Shown here: piece by piece, positions 62,219 through 64,000 of the stretch
How positions within the stretch are numbered: position 1 is the stretch's first letter
Layout of the letters: each line of letters begins with the position of its first letter
Assembly: GCF_009914755.1 (NCBI RefSeq)
Contig: NC_060927.1
DNA: 64,000 nucleotides
Strand: one strand, 5' to 3'
Origin: the human T2T-CHM13v2.0 reference genome, Homo sapiens
Program-made: the position numbers and the translations under genes
Notes under the pieces: generated by a model
What the model was told of the DNA's origin: nothing
Seen by the model: only the letters and a program-made list of their open reading frames with translations
Database searches by the model: none

Positions 62219-63277
62219 CAGTCATGTGTCACTTAGTGATGCATATGTTGCTTAATGCATCATTAATTCCGTTGTGTGAACATCGTAAGAGTGTACTTAC
62301 ACAAACCTAGATGGTAGAGCCTACTACGTCCCTTTATTGCCCGTGGGCTACAAAACTGTACAGAATATTACTGTACTAAATACTGTAGGCAACTATAACA
62401 CAATTGTAAGTACTTGTGTATCTAAACATAGAAAAATACAGTATAAAAGATCAAAAACGGTACACCTGTATAGGACACTTACCATAAACAAAACATGCAG
62501 GACTGGAAGTTGCTCTGGGTGAGTTAATGACTGAGTAGTGAGTGAATGTAAAGGCCTAGGACATTACTGTATATTGCTGTATATTTCATAAAGACTGTAT
62601 GCTTAAGCTACACTATTTTTTAAAATTTCTCTAATAAATTAACCTTAGCTTAGCAGAACTTTTTAACTTTATAAACCTATCCATTTTTAAAGTTTTTGAC
62701 TCTTTTGTAGTAAGAGAAACACACTGTACAGCTATACAAAAATACTTTATTTACATCTGTAGTCTATCAGTTTTTTCTATTTTTAAAATGTAGGCTTTTT
62801 CTTTTTAAACTTTTTTTGTTAAAAACAAAGACACAAACACAGACATTAGCCCAGGTCTACACAGGGCCAGGGTAATCAACACCACTTCCACCTCCACATG
62901 TTGTCCCACTGGAAGGTCTTCAGGGGCAGTAACACACAGGGAGCTGTCATCTCTAATAACAACAATACCTTCTTCTGGAATACCTCCTGAAAGACCTGCC
63001 TGGCTGTTTTACAGTTAACTTTTTTATAAGTAGAAGTACACTCTAAAATAACAAAGAATAAGTGGTAACACGTTTATCAAAATACTATGTACTGTATACA
63101 ATCTTAATATGTGTTATAGTTTTATACAGCTGGCAGCTCAGTAGGTTTGTTTACACCAGCATCACCACAAACACATGTGATGCATTGCACCACCATGTTA
63201 GAATGGCCATAATGTCATAGGCAATAAGAAGTCTGTGTCTGTCATTGACTAAAATGTCATTATGTAATGCATGACTA
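62219..63277. mobile_element. Tigger3 (Golem/MER7B-like) non-autonomous Tc1/mariner element
   Basis: TA|CAGTCATG...CATGACTA|TA termini; ACAAACCTAGATGGTAGAGCCTACTAC. Confidence 0.82.
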
Positions 63278-63279
63278 TA

Positions 63280-64000
63280 TTTATTTTTGAATAGGTAATA
63301 CATTCACATGGTTCAAAAGACAAACCCTGTAGGCAAGCAATGTTACCAATTGTTTGTGTATCTTACCATATGTCCGTTATAAACATAGAAGCAGATAGCT
63401 TTCCATGTACATTAGTTTTCTTTTAATGTACACATATAAAAGTAAAAAAACTAATTACTAGTGCAGAGCTAGATGACTTTCCCAAAATGAACATATTCCA
63501 CTGTTAATGGCATTTGGGTTATCATTGTTAGCTATTAGGAGCAGTACTACATTTTGTACACATGTAAACAATTCTTTGGGATAAATACCTATAAGTGAGA
63601 TTTCTGGGTCGTAGTTTATACATATGCCCAGTATTAATAGATACCAGTTTTCATAATTGGTTGTTCTGTAAGTACTAAATGAGAGTTAAAGTATGTTTGC
63701 TATTTTCCTTATTTTTCATTTTAATCAACTGGTGGGTGTCAGATGGTATGATACTACCATTTAAATCTGCATTTCCCTTAAGATTGATAAAGTGGTAAAT
63801 CACTTCATGTTTATTGACCAATTCAACTTTTTTGCTCAAGTATCTGTTCGGCTCTGTGTTTTTTCGGATATATACATACAATGTAGAAAAATAATATATT
63901 TTGGATAAGAGTCCTTTGTTAGATATATGCATTGTAAATATCTATTCCCATTCTTTGACTTTTCATTCTTTTATTAGTGGTCTTTTCATAAATAGAAACT
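63280..64000 (-). mobile_element. Old L1 (L1ME-like) 3' region
   Basis: GAATAGGTAATACATTCACATGGTTCAAAA and GATAAATACCTATAAGTGAGATTTCTGGGTC. Confidence 0.7.

Overview
Primate (almost certainly human, chr3q13) genomic DNA: AT-rich, about half interspersed repeats, with no prokaryotic features. The right third carries the last 13 coding exons of CIP2A/KIAA1524 on the minus strand. I traced them splice site by splice site: 1824 nt in one frame, giving 607 aa plus TAG at 42901, followed by a ~1.3 kb 3'UTR. One CIP2A intron (58417-59932) is a U12-type AT-AC minor-spliceosome intron. The left end carries the first coding exon of the myosin heavy chain MYH15 (minus strand, 2197-2341). An upstream 62-nt exon ends in ATG|GT (21016-21077), and a candidate further 5' exon/promoter lies only ~400 bp past the CIP2A poly(A) signal. 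Between the genes are an RPL13 processed pseudogene fused to an L1 3' end, a decayed 28S rRNA retro-fragment, and many Alu, L1, L2, MaLR/ERV LTR and DNA-transposon fossils. Most ORFs in the supplied track are spurious. I see no evidence of a wholly new biological system; the best leads are splicing and translation regulation and unusual retrotransposition products. Repeat subfamily names and boundaries were judged by eye and are approximate.
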